Positions 1-9,519 of a stretch of DNA of 64,000 bases are shown piece after piece. The notes beneath the pieces are model-generated. The model made no database searches, was not told where the DNA came from, and worked only from the letters and a program-made list of their open reading frames with translations. The translations under genes and the position numbers were made by a program. How positions within the stretch are numbered: the stretch's first letter is position 1; every line of letters starts with the position of its first letter. The DNA is from Patescibacteria group bacterium (lineage in GTDB: Bacteria; Patescibacteriota; Patescibacteriia; UBA9570; JAHJKD01). The stretch lies in contig JAZDOC010000022.1 in NCBI GenBank assembly GCA_043798935.1, positions 15,299 through 79,298 of the forward strand, read 5' to 3'.

Positions 1-884
1 TAGAAAATATTAATGTTTTTATAGATCAAGCAGTATCGGATCAGTATGAACCAGGCTCGGTATTCAAATCTTTTTCATTAGGCGCGGCCCTAGACATGGG
101 AAAGATTACTCCCTACACAACTTACAACGACACTGGCGAAGTAAAAATAGGAAAGTATACAATTCAAAATTCCGACGATAAAAGCAACGGTACAGTAGAC
201 ATGAATTATGTATTAACCCACTCGTTAAACACGGGATCAATTTTTGCAGTTGAACAAATCGGCAATGAAGCATGGTATCAGTATGTGAAGAATTTTGGCT
301 TTGGTGAACTAACTGGAATTACTTTAGCTGGTGAAAATTACGGTAATATTACGGCTTTAGAAAAGCTAGCTGATATATATTCGGCCACTTCTTCTTATGG
401 GCAAGGAATAACTGTCACACCCATACAACTAATAACTGCATTTAGCAGTATTGCTAACGGGGGCAAATTAATGAAGCCTTATGTAGTACAAGAGGTTGAA
501 AAACCTAGCGGCGAAAAAATTATCACTCAGCCCGAGGTTGTTCGCCAAGTTATTTCGGCACAGACTGCGAGTACGTTATCGGCCATGTTAGTAAATGTTA
601 TAGACAGTGGCCACGCTGTACTGGCGCAAGTCCCTGGCTATTATATGGCCGGTAAAACCGGTACGGCCCAAGTACCAAAAGAAAATGGCGCCGGTTATGA
701 TGCTTATCGGCATAAAGATTCATTTTTAGGATTTGGGCCTGTGTCAAACCCTAAATTTGTAATTCTAACTAAATTAGATGAGCCAGCTAATGCTCCCTGG
801 GCTGCTAATACCACCGCGCCTTTGTTTAGTAAAATTGCCACTTATTTAGTGGACTATTATCAGTTAATGCCTGATAAAGAATAA
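1..884 (+). CDS. Penicillin-binding protein transpeptidase domain, 5'-truncated at the window edge (FtsI/PBP2-like)
   Basis: The reading frame is open from nt 3. SxxK (GSVFKSF) and KTG (AGKTGTAQ) motifs are present. murF follows immediately, as in dcw clusters. Confidence 0.75.
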   Translation, partial: ENINVFIDQAVSDQYEPGSVFKSFSLGAALDMGKITPYTTYNDTGEVKIGKYTIQNSDDKSNGTVDMNYVLTHSLNTGSIFAVEQIGNEAWYQYVKNFGFGELTGITLAGENYGNITALEKLADIYSATSSYGQGITVTPIQLITAFSSIANGGKLMKPYVVQEVEKPSGEKIITQPEVVRQVISAQTASTLSAMLVNVIDSGHAVLAQVPGYYMAGKTGTAQVPKENGAGYDAYRHKDSFLGFGPVSNPKFVILTKLDEPANAPWAANTTAPLFSKIATYLVDYYQLMPDKE

Positions 885-907
885 TTATTTATAATTTATT
901 TGTTCAT

Positions 908-2194
908 ATGAAAAAATATATTGAAAAAATTTTATTCATCCTGGCAAAATTAATTTTATCTCGGCATCATCCGCAAGTCATTGGTATTACCGGCAGTGTT
1001 GGTAAAACATCAGCTAAAGAAGCGATTTTTTCAGTTTTAAAAACTAAATATAATGTTCGTACTAATTATAAAAATTATAACAACGAAATAGGTTTGCCAC
1101 TTACAATTATCGGTGCCAGTAGTTATGGTAAAAATATTTTTGGTTGGATCTGGGTAATAATAAAAGCTCTGGGAGTCATCGCGTGGCCCAAGTATCAGGA
1201 AATATTGATTTTAGAAATGGGTGCCGATAAACCAGGCGATATTAAATATTTAACTAATTTAGCGCCCTGCAACATTGGTGTTCTAACAGCTATCGGTAGC
1301 CAGCCAGTGCATTTGGAAAACTATAAAAATTTGGATCAGCTTATAAAAGAAAAAGGCATAATTGCTACACATTTATCTGATAAAGATTTTGCAATAATTA
1401 ATGTAGACGATAAACAAATTCAAAGCATATCCGATAAAATAAAAGCTCAGATATTTAGTCTTGGTAATTCCGAGGCAGCCACCATTAGAGTGAGCGATAT
1501 TAATTATTCGCTTAATCTTGAAAATGATTCATCATATCGAAATGCGGGTATCAATTTTAAAGTGCATTATCAGGGAAATACCGTTCCTTTTCATCTATCA
1601 AATGTTTTGGGCATGCCTTCTGTTTATGCTGGGTTAAATGCGATTGCGGTGGGGTTAATTTATAAAATGAATCTAGTGGAAATTGCTTCGGCTTTACAAA
1701 ATTATCAAGCGCCGGTTGGAAGACTCAATATAATTCCTGGTATTAAAGATACGGTTATTATCGACGATAGCTATAATTCTTCACCGTTAGCGTGCCGACA
1801 AGCCATCGAGCTTTTAAATAAAGTGAGCGTTACGGGTAGGAAAATTGCTTGTCTTGGCAATATGGCAGAACTAGGAAGCGAATCAAAAAAAGCTCATCGT
1901 GAAATAGGGCGTTTGATTCAGGAATACAATATTGATATTTTGTTTGCAATTGGTGATCAAGCTTTAGAAATTGCCAGTGCGGCTTTAGAAAAAGGAATGA
2001 ATAAAGACCATGTTTTTACATTTCCCGATTCAGATAGCGCTCGCAAAACAGTTCAAGATGAAATTCACTGTGGTGATGTGATTTTAATTAAAGGTTCACA
2101 AAGTGTGCGTACGGAAAAAATTACATTAGAAATTATGGCCGAACCACAAAAAGCGTCTGAGCTTCTGGTACGTCAAGATAAAAGTTGGAAATAA
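908..2194 (+). CDS. murF: UDP-N-acetylmuramoyl-tripeptide--D-alanyl-D-alanine ligase (Mur ligase family)
   Basis: GITGSVGKTS P-loop and the NYNNEIGLPLTII signature typical of MurF. It sits directly after the PBP gene. Confidence 0.75.
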   Translation: MKKYIEKILFILAKLILSRHHPQVIGITGSVGKTSAKEAIFSVLKTKYNVRTNYKNYNNEIGLPLTIIGASSYGKNIFGWIWVIIKALGVIAWPKYQEILILEMGADKPGDIKYLTNLAPCNIGVLTAIGSQPVHLENYKNLDQLIKEKGIIATHLSDKDFAIINVDDKQIQSISDKIKAQIFSLGNSEAATIRVSDINYSLNLENDSSYRNAGINFKVHYQGNTVPFHLSNVLGMPSVYAGLNAIAVGLIYKMNLVEIASALQNYQAPVGRLNIIPGIKDTVIIDDSYNSSPLACRQAIELLNKVSVTGRKIACLGNMAELGSESKKAHREIGRLIQEYNIDILFAIGDQALEIASAALEKGMNKDHVFTFPDSDSARKTVQDEIHCGDVILIKGSQSVRTEKITLEIMAEPQKASELLVRQDKSWK

Positions 2195-2200
2195 TAAAAT

Positions 2201-3589
2201 TTAGTATAATTGCAACTGATAAGTGTTTAGCAAGTCATTATTTTTACTGGGATCAATATAAATTTCAAAATTTATTTTTTCGTTTTCACTTTCAGCTGTT
2301 TCTAAAAACATTCTGTAAATCGGAATAATAACCAGTTGTGGATTTTCATCTTGATTGTAAGCTAACTCATAAGTTAAGTATAGATCGTTAACTTTAAAAA
2401 TATTAGAATTAGATTCAGTTAGATCGATAATTTTAGTAATATAAGTGTTCTCGTCTCGATTTTTTAGCTGAGAGAGAATTCTGCTGTAAGCTGTTTGCGG
2501 TGAAACTAAATCGATGATTTTTCCGGTAGAGACTAATTTTTCCGGTATATAATGACCGAATAAGGATACGAGTTTTCCATTTCTAACCACAACGTGCCAA
2601 GGCATACGATTGAAGATAAGAGTATCTGTTAAACTGTTAGTAAAGAAAATATCAAATTCTTTATCGCCTTCAACTTTGTAATTATTAAGCTTGCTCTCTT
2701 TCCATAATAAGGAATCAATATCAACATTATTGATTTCGGCAATATAATTTAAAGCTTGGTTTTTATAATCCGCGTCAGCGTATTCTTCAGACTGTTCGTA
2801 ATCTAAAAATCCTGTGTCACTAATCGATAGACATTGGTCGCTTTTATTCATATCAAAATAGTTTTCTAACATACCATAACGATACGATAAACATGAATCA
2901 TCATCCGGATAAGATTTTAAATATATTCCGGGCAGAGTATGATGATTTGAAACAAACTGGTTTTCATCTATCTGAAAAATTTTCGCCATGTTTTTTAAAT
3001 CAGTAGTGTTAAAAGTATTAAGCATTTTTATTTCCACTGGTGCTGGTGTTTCTTCAGATAAATTTATTGCTGATACTTTCCAAGTAGAAGTATCTTTGCC
3101 ACTACCACCGCCACACTCACAAGTTACATCGAACAAATTTAAAGTAGTGGTTCGAGGAATAAAAGCTAACTCGTTATTCTCGATTGAAATATTAGCGCTT
3201 GATTCATTTGAATTCGAATTACTATTAGTATCAATATTAATGGCTACTTTTTGTATAGTACCGAAATTTAAATTACTGTTAGTGCTGTGTTGGTTTGGCT
3301 TTGTGGTATTGATTACAAAAGTTTTAATATCAGCTGGAAATAACTCGGGCATAAATAGCATAAAGGCGATTAAAGCCAAAGCTGTCACGGCGGTGGTGCT
3401 ATAAGTAAGTACACGCCATTTATCAAAAAAATTGAATCTATTTGAAAAAGAGAATTTTGGAGTCTGTTGTTTGGAAGCATTAGCCAGTACATTATTAAAC
3501 ATTCTGGTTTTATCAGCCATAGATAAATCAACCTTTTTTCGGTGGCTGTTTTGAAAAATTTGTTCCAGATTACTAGGGTTGATATTCAT
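2201..3589 (-). CDS. Putative anti-sigma factor: single-pass membrane protein with a large extracytoplasmic domain
   Basis: Lies immediately downstream of the ECF sigma gene on the same strand and overlaps it. The N-terminal 60 aa are cytoplasmic, followed by a TM helix (VLTYSTTAVTALALIAFMLFM). Confidence 0.5.
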   Translation of the reverse strand: MNINPSNLEQIFQNSHRKKVDLSMADKTRMFNNVLANASKQQTPKFSFSNRFNFFDKWRVLTYSTTAVTALALIAFMLFMPELFPADIKTFVINTTKPNQHSTNSNLNFGTIQKVAINIDTNSNSNSNESSANISIENNELAFIPRTTTLNLFDVTCECGGGSGKDTSTWKVSAINLSEETPAPVEIKMLNTFNTTDLKNMAKIFQIDENQFVSNHHTLPGIYLKSYPDDDSCLSYRYGMLENYFDMNKSDQCLSISDTGFLDYEQSEEYADADYKNQALNYIAEINNVDIDSLLWKESKLNNYKVEGDKEFDIFFTNSLTDTLIFNRMPWHVVVRNGKLVSLFGHYIPEKLVSTGKIIDLVSPQTAYSRILSQLKNRDENTYITKIIDLTESNSNIFKVNDLYLTYELAYNQDENPQLVIIPIYRMFLETAESENEKINFEIYIDPSKNNDLLNTYQLQLY

Positions 3590-3644
3590 ATTCTTTTTTT
3601 AATTTTTCAATTGTGCGAGAAACTAATATTCTTATAGCGCCTGG

Positions 3645-4127
3645 TTATTTACCAACAATTTTACTTATTTCTTCATAAGGTAAATCTTCCAAATAACGCA
3701 GTTCAAATACTTCAGGAATAGGTGGTTTCATTTGTTTTATTCTTTCCCACAATATAAGTAAATCCGATTTTTTGGATAATGTTTCATTTTCACCCAGTTT
3801 GTACTCAACATTATCAATGTTTATATGCTGTTTATGGCCATAAAAGTCTTGGCAGACAGTGCGGGCGACTTGGTATAGATACGAAGAATAGGGGTGTCCT
3901 TGCCATTTAAACTTAGGCAAAGCTTTAAGCGCCCTGGTAAATACTTCAGTCGTAAGATCTTCGGCTGTATCTTTATCGCGATTTGTATGATAATAAATAT
4001 ATCGAAAAATTTTATCAACGTATTTATTATATAATTCAGCAAAAGCTTCAGAATTAGCTTGTGCCGCAGAAATTAATTGTTCGTCGGATTGGGCTTCTAA
4101 TGAAGATGTATTTTGCGTATAATTCAC
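3645..4127 (-). CDS. ECF-type sigma-70 factor, apparently cut by an in-frame TAA within region 4.2 (the frame continues to 3573)
   Basis: Sigma-70 region 2 (FAELYNKYVDKIFRYIYYHT) and the start of region 4 (LRYLEDLPYEEISKIVGK) are present. The downstream 23 codons in the same frame read PGAIRILVSRTIEKLKK, which is the remainder of the helix-turn-helix. Confidence 0.7.
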   Translation of the reverse strand: MNYTQNTSSLEAQSDEQLISAAQANSEAFAELYNKYVDKIFRYIYYHTNRDKDTAEDLTTEVFTRALKALPKFKWQGHPYSSYLYQVARTVCQDFYGHKQHINIDNVEYKLGENETLSKKSDLLILWERIKQMKPPIPEVFELRYLEDLPYEEISKIVGK

Positions 4128-4190
4128 AAAAATGATTTAAAATAGATGCGTATATTAAAACATGCTTTCAGATGTTGTGTCAATAATTAT

Positions 4191-4305
4191 TGGCTATATA
4201 AATATTTAATTAAAAACCCACGCCTTTTAAGGGCGGGGCTTTTTGCTGTTATTATATTCTATTTTAGCCCCTGGCTTTATGCTAGTGGGCTAAGCATTCA
4301 AATAT
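4191..4305 (+). repeat. Family A composite repeat, copy 1: about 110 bp with two GC hairpins and flanking T-runs
   Basis: Near-identical to 5683..5795 and to the reverse complement of 20361..20465. Contains the hairpins cccacgcc...ggcggggc and agcccctggc...gtgggct. Confidence 0.65.
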
Positions 4306-4343
4306 ACCAGCTTTATTATTTGTTATTGATCCTAATTTAAATA

Positions 4344-4374
4344 AAAAGCGCCGGGTTAGTGGCGCTCTTTATTT
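4344..4374. terminator. Bidirectional intrinsic terminator hairpin after the lipoprotein gene
   Basis: aaagcgccgggttagtggcgcttt with T-runs on both strands. Confidence 0.5.
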
Positions 4375-4394
4375 TTAGAAGTGAAATAAACAAG

Positions 4395-5444
4395 TTATTT
4401 CCAGCTGGCTAAAATGCTTTCGAATACTGTTTCAACTTTTTCTTTGTTGTTATAATCAGAGTCGCTCATCAAAGCAATGTATTCATTATCACCTTTAGTC
4501 CATTTAGCGTATAATAATATATTATCGTATTCTGGGCTTTCATCTTGAGTGTAATAAATAGATATTTCTTGTCCGCTAATAGTTATTTTTTTAGCATCTT
4601 TATAATCTTTTCTACCACCAACACCCATTCCTGGATGATCAACAAACATTGTGAATTTATTATTACTGTTACTTGAATTTGTTAAGACTAATTCTAAAGT
4701 AGTGTCAGTACTATTAGGCGAAGTATTATTAACTTCTTCAGTTACAGAGTAATTACCAGGGTAAGCGAAACTAAAATTATATTTTGAATTAGAATAGTTT
4801 GATAAAGTAGAGGCTGATGTTGTAATTTCTTGGACGGTAACTTCGGGGATAGCAATAGATTTTAAAATTTCCATAAAAGTACCATCAGCTTGGTGTATAT
4901 TATTTTCATCAAGCAAGGCGAAGCTCATTTTATTCATTTGCCAAATCGCTACTGTACCAGAATCTTCACTCATGGCATAAACGCCATTATCTTCGGTATT
5001 TGCATAAGAGATAACTGCGATTGTAGCGTTGGGCGTCTCAACATCACTTGATACTTCAGCTAGCGTAAAACTATTAATAAATCGAGAATAGGTTTGAGTG
5101 GCAGAAAGCATTTCCCCACCTAAATTAGTAGCTGGGCACTCAGTAAATTCAATCAATTTTAAAGTGTCGAATTCATAAACTGTAGCGCAATCAATGCTAC
5201 CATTCTTTGTTTTCCAATCAGCTGGGTAACTGAAACTAATATTATTAGCTTCGTCCATAAAAGTAGCAGTGTCTGCACTTCGTGTCTCTACAGTAGCTTT
5301 AACTTCTGTAGCACTGACATTTTGATCTTCTTTAGTTACTTCAGGAGTAACATTTGTGTTTTTTGTAACAACGTCTTTTGTTGTCTGCGCGCATCCGGCA
5401 GTGAAAACCGCCAATAATGCTAGCAGTAATAAGGTTTTTTTCAT
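4395..5444 (-). CDS. Lipoprotein (FTAG|C lipobox) with repeated FSYP-motif domains
   Basis: MKKTLLLLALLAVFTAGC signal and lipobox. Low-complexity T/N-rich linker. Paralogous to 17545..18201. Confidence 0.6.
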   Translation of the reverse strand: MKKTLLLLALLAVFTAGCAQTTKDVVTKNTNVTPEVTKEDQNVSATEVKATVETRSADTATFMDEANNISFSYPADWKTKNGSIDCATVYEFDTLKLIEFTECPATNLGGEMLSATQTYSRFINSFTLAEVSSDVETPNATIAVISYANTEDNGVYAMSEDSGTVAIWQMNKMSFALLDENNIHQADGTFMEILKSIAIPEVTVQEITTSASTLSNYSNSKYNFSFAYPGNYSVTEEVNNTSPNSTDTTLELVLTNSSNSNNKFTMFVDHPGMGVGGRKDYKDAKKITISGQEISIYYTQDESPEYDNILLYAKWTKGDNEYIALMSDSDYNNKEKVETVFESILASWK

Positions 5445-5682
5445 AGTTTTTAAAATTAATTATTCTAACAAGCTATATAATATTATAATTATAATTTTGT
5501 TACATTATTAATAATAGAGTAAACAAAAAATACTCTTATTTGAGATAATTGATAAATGTTAATTAACAGGTCTTAATTTATTCAATTAAATTAATCTGTA
5601 TAATAAACAACGTGGTGTATAACTGTAGATTGAATTTATATTAATTGAATAAATTATTGATTCCCACTAAGAATGAATAATT

Positions 5683-5795
5683 TGGCATATATAAATATTT
5701 AATTAAAAGCCCACGCCCATAAAGGGCGGGGCTTTTAGCTCTATTATATATAGTTTTAGCCCCTGGCTTTATGTCAGTGGGCTAAACATTCAATT
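5683..5795 (+). repeat. Family A composite repeat, copy 2, just 3' of the his operon
   Basis: Sequence identity to 4191..4305. The hairpin is followed by a T-run on the minus strand, so it is positioned to terminate hisIE. Confidence 0.65.
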
Positions 5796-5825
5796 ATATC
5801 AACCGCACTGTTCGTTATAGAGCCT

Positions 5826-6458
5826 TTAATTACGACAGATCTTTTTATTTCTTTTTCCAAGTTCTCGCTCTATATCTATTAAAAAGATATTTTTTTTGGC
5901 TAAAAGTACCATTAAATGATAAATTACATCAGCCGATTCTTCGATAATTCTTTGCTTGCTGTTTTCTAACACCACCTCATTGGCCTCTTCGATAATTTTA
6001 AAACGAATTAAATTAATGTCATTTAATAGTTTAACAGTATAAGATGTATTTTGCCGGCGCGATGATGTCATTTTGTTTTCACTTTTGCGATTTTTTATAA
6101 TCTGTTCTAATGTTTTGAAATTAAAATCCGGATTTATTTTAAAGCAAGAATAAGCGCCAGTGTGGCAAGTGGGGCCATTTGGTTCGACTAACATTAGAAT
6201 TGCATCTTTGTCGCAGTCATAAAACATCTCCTTAAATAAAAGATAATTTTTTGAAGTTTCGCCTTTGGTCCATAATCTTTTTTTACTTCGACTGTAGAAT
6301 GTAATTTTTCCAGATTGCTTTGTTTTTTGAATGGATTCTTTATTTGAATAACCAAGCATTAATATTTCTTTAGTGTTAATGTCTTGGATTATAGTTGGAA
6401 TAAGCAAAGAGAGCGAGTCTCCTGACGAGCTCGGTTTATTATTTATAATCTTACGCAT
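5826..6458 (-). CDS. hisI: Bifunctional phosphoribosyl-AMP cyclohydrolase / phosphoribosyl-ATP pyrophosphatase
   Basis: HisI core (CHTGAYSCF) followed by a MazG-like HisE C-terminus. It is the last gene of the his operon. Confidence 0.85.
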   Translation of the reverse strand: MRKIINNKPSSSGDSLSLLIPTIIQDINTKEILMLGYSNKESIQKTKQSGKITFYSRSKKRLWTKGETSKNYLLFKEMFYDCDKDAILMLVEPNGPTCHTGAYSCFKINPDFNFKTLEQIIKNRKSENKMTSSRRQNTSYTVKLLNDINLIRFKIIEEANEVVLENSKQRIIEESADVIYHLMVLLAKKNIFLIDIERELGKRNKKICRN

Positions 6459-7186
6459 ATATTTTGATTATTTAAATATTGTTTAACTTGTTTGATAGTT
6501 AATTTGTTATAGTGAAAAATTGAAGCGGCGAGTAGACCATCAGCTATTTTTGCCGCATCAGCCAGATGTTTTAGTGTGCCGGCGCCACCAGACGCTATAA
6601 TGGGAATGTTCACAGCTCGGCGAATTTTTTTAAGTAGTTCTAAATCATATCCATTTTGCAGGCCGTCTTGATCTATGGAATTAATGCAAATTTCACCTGC
6701 GCCTAATTTTTTGATTCTTTTAACCCAGCCTAACACATTGATATCGGTATTTTGTTTAGCACCATTAATAAATATTTTATCTTTACTTACATCAATTCCA
6801 ACTACAATACACTGCGATCCAAATTGTTTGGCACCGTCCGAGATTAATTGCGGGTTTAAAACTGCCGCCGAATTAATACTAATTTTATCAGCGCCGGCCA
6901 ATAAAATTTTTCTCATGTCTCTCACATTTCTAATTCCGCCACCAACGCAAAAGGGGATATTAATTACCTCGGAAATTTGTTCAACCAGCTCTGTAATAGT
7001 ATTTTTATTTTCTGCTGAAGCTGAAATATCATAAAAAATTAATTCATCAGCACCTTGGTCAGAATAGAATTTTGCAATTTTAACCGGGTCGCCGTCTTGC
7101 ACTTGCACATTATTTTGAAATTTAATACCTTTGGTTAAAATGCCGTTTTTAACATCCAGGCATGGTATAATTCTTTTGGCTAACAT
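6443..7186 (-). CDS. hisF: Imidazole glycerol phosphate synthase, cyclase subunit
   Basis: (beta/alpha)8 HisF motifs (RIIPCLDV, GGGIR, SGGAG). Overlaps hisI. Confidence 0.9.
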   Translation of the reverse strand: MLAKRIIPCLDVKNGILTKGIKFQNNVQVQDGDPVKIAKFYSDQGADELIFYDISASAENKNTITELVEQISEVINIPFCVGGGIRNVRDMRKILLAGADKISINSAAVLNPQLISDGAKQFGSQCIVVGIDVSKDKIFINGAKQNTDINVLGWVKRIKKLGAGEICINSIDQDGLQNGYDLELLKKIRRAVNIPIIASGGAGTLKHLADAAKIADGLLAASIFHYNKLTIKQVKQYLNNQNICVRL

Positions 7187-7835
7187 ATTGTTTTAATGAT
7201 TTATTAGTATAGAGCGCTTTGCCAATAATGACCGCATAAATATTCATCATGGCCAAAGTTTGTAAATCTATTTCATCACGCACACCGCCGGCCACTATTA
7301 CTTCACAAATTTTTGTTAATCGCTTAATCATAGTGAAATTTGGTCCGCTTAATGTCCCATCGCGATCGACATCAGTATAAATTATTTGGCGTAGGCGATT
7401 CTGTTTAATAAAATTAAAAATATTAATATTCGATTTTTCCTGCCAGCCCTTGACCATAATCGACTCATCTTGGCAATCAAGCGAAACAATAATTTTTTTA
7501 TTATTTATAATCTCGGGATTTTTAATTGCTAAAGTAGAAACAATAATTCTATTAGTTTTAATTTCTGAAATTACATTTTCATCACGCACACCACCACCAA
7601 ATTGAATTTTTAAGTTAGTGTTTTTAATAATTTGTTCAACAATATTATAATTTACAAGTTGTCCGGTTTGTGCGCCGTCTAAATCGATAACATGAAGCCA
7701 TTTAGCACCTTGTTTTTCAAAATTTTTCGCAACTTGTAAAGGATCGTCGCTATAAACAGTGGATTCATTAAACTTACCGCACGTTAATCGAACGCATTTA
7801 TTATTTTGTAAATCGATGGCTGGAATAATTAACAT
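7149..7835 (-). CDS. hisA: ProFAR isomerase
   Basis: IIPAIDL and GGGVRD motifs. Lies between hisH and hisF. Confidence 0.85.
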   Translation of the reverse strand: MLIIPAIDLQNNKCVRLTCGKFNESTVYSDDPLQVAKNFEKQGAKWLHVIDLDGAQTGQLVNYNIVEQIIKNTNLKIQFGGGVRDENVISEIKTNRIIVSTLAIKNPEIINNKKIIVSLDCQDESIMVKGWQEKSNINIFNFIKQNRLRQIIYTDVDRDGTLSGPNFTMIKRLTKICEVIVAGGVRDEIDLQTLAMMNIYAVIIGKALYTNKSLKQYVSQKNYTMPGC

Positions 7836-8428
7836 ATATTATTAAAGTTTTTTAAAAGCATAAGTCCATCATCAGCACTTTTTTCCGGATGGAACTGGAC
7901 GCCGTAGATATTTTTATAATTATAGACCGAAACAAAAGTTTGACTGTAATTTGTTTTAGCAATGGCAATATTATTAACCGGCGATAAATAATATGAATGA
8001 ACAAAATAAAAGTAGCTACTATTAGCAATGCCTGAAAATAATTTATTGTTTTTAGAATATTTAACTTGATTCCAGCCCATATGAGGAACGATCACTTTAG
8101 ATTTTGGAAAAATTACATTTTTACCTTTTAGCACTCCTAAACAGCGTGTGTTATTTTCAGCGCTTTTTTCAAATAATATTTGAGCGCCTAGACAAATACC
8201 TAAAAAGGGGCTGTTTGAAGAAATAAATTTTTTGATCGGTGAGATTAAATTTAACGAGCGTAAATTTTTCATGGCCTCACCGGCAGCGCCCACACCCGGA
8301 AAAATAATTTTTTCAGCTTTAATTACATCAGCTGGCCGGGATGCGGTTTTATATGGAATATTTAATCTGTCCAAAGCATTTTGAACACTTTTTAAATTTC
8401 CGGATTTGTAATCGATTATTGTGATCAT
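7829..8428 (-). CDS. hisH: Imidazole glycerol phosphate synthase, glutaminase subunit
   Basis: Class I glutamine amidotransferase with the GICLGAQ catalytic Cys and the HPEKS motif. Confidence 0.9.
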   Translation of the reverse strand: MITIIDYKSGNLKSVQNALDRLNIPYKTASRPADVIKAEKIIFPGVGAAGEAMKNLRSLNLISPIKKFISSNSPFLGICLGAQILFEKSAENNTRCLGVLKGKNVIFPKSKVIVPHMGWNQVKYSKNNKLFSGIANSSYFYFVHSYYLSPVNNIAIAKTNYSQTFVSVYNYKNIYGVQFHPEKSADDGLMLLKNFNNIC

Positions 8429-8490
8429 TTATTTATTGTATATATTTTCAGTGCCCCCAATAAATTAGGAGCCTGAAAATTCGTTTGTAT

Positions 8491-9519
8491 TTAGAGCTTT
8501 CCTTTTGTACTCGGCAACATGTTTTTCATACGCGAATCATTTTCTACGGCCATTTTTATGGATTTGGCCACGGCTTTAAACATGGCCTCGATTTTGTGGT
8601 GCTCGTTACGACCAATAACTTTAATATTTAAATTACAGCTCAGATTATCTGCAAAGGCCTGCCAGAAATCTTCTAGTAGTTCAGTGGGCAAGTCGCCAAC
8701 AAATTCACGTTTAGGTTTATAATCTAATTTTAAATAACTGCGGCCACCTACGTCTAGAGCCACCTGAGCTAAGCTTTCATCCATGGGTAAAAGAAATCCG
8801 TAGCGACGAATACCTTTTTTATCTCCCAGCGCTTTTTTTAGGGCTCGGCCTAAAACAATGCCAATGTCCTCAGTGGTGTGATGCTCATCAACATTTAAGT
8901 CGCCGGATGCTTTAATATTTAAATCAATAAGAGAATGTTTAGAAAACAGCTCGAGCATATGATTAAGAAAACCTACACCCGTATCAATATTATAATTTCC
9001 AATACCGTCTAAATTTAGTGCTAAAGAAATTTGGGTTTCTTTAGTTTTTCTAGTTTCCATGGCAAACCTAGGGAAGCGGGAATTAGTTTCAGCTTTAATA
9101 AAATTGACGCCTAAATTTTTAGCAAATTTTTTATCAGATTCGCGGTCGCCGATCATGATGGAAGTTTTTTTATCATAATTAATGCTTGCAACTAAACCAA
9201 TTTTTGGTTTACGGCAAGTACAGTTGTCTTTTGGTAAGTGAGGACAAACTAAAATTTTGTAAAATTCAATTTTGTTTTTTTTCAGAATTTTTAATAATTC
9301 GTTTTGGGGAATTTCAAAATCTTTCATTGGAAAAGACGCGGTTCCAATGCCGTCTTGATTTGAAACCATAATTAATTTATAACCTTGCTTTAACAAGGAT
9401 TTTAATCCCGGGATGACGCCTTCTAAAATTTTAAGTTTAGCTAAGCTATCAATTTGCTTAGTTTCTTCGGGTTCGTAAATTAAAGCCCCATCACGGTCGA
9501 TAAATGCTATTTTTTCCAT
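8491..9519 (-). CDS. hisB: Bifunctional histidinol-phosphatase (HAD) / imidazoleglycerol-phosphate dehydratase
   Basis: N-terminal HAD motif FIDRDGALI. The C-terminal IGPD domain has its His-rich metal sites (DEHHTTED, EHHKIEA). Confidence 0.85.
   Translation of the reverse strand: MEKIAFIDRDGALIYEPEETKQIDSLAKLKILEGVIPGLKSLLKQGYKLIMVSNQDGIGTASFPMKDFEIPQNELLKILKKNKIEFYKILVCPHLPKDNCTCRKPKIGLVASINYDKKTSIMIGDRESDKKFAKNLGVNFIKAETNSRFPRFAMETRKTKETQISLALNLDGIGNYNIDTGVGFLNHMLELFSKHSLIDLNIKASGDLNVDEHHTTEDIGIVLGRALKKALGDKKGIRRYGFLLPMDESLAQVALDVGGRSYLKLDYKPKREFVGDLPTELLEDFWQAFADNLSCNLNIKVIGRNEHHKIEAMFKAVAKSIKMAVENDSRMKNMLPSTKGKL

Noticed and set aside
4146-4340. A 64-aa ORF overlapping repeat A1. Similar antisense ORFs occur within genes (2988..3404, 3821..4042, 6675..7034, 8519..8722, 9186..9371, 11082..11282, 11764..12057, 12241..12501, 13000..13251 and others).
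   Set aside because: They lie inside an intergenic repeat or antisense to well-supported genes. The AT-rich sequence produces short open frames by chance.
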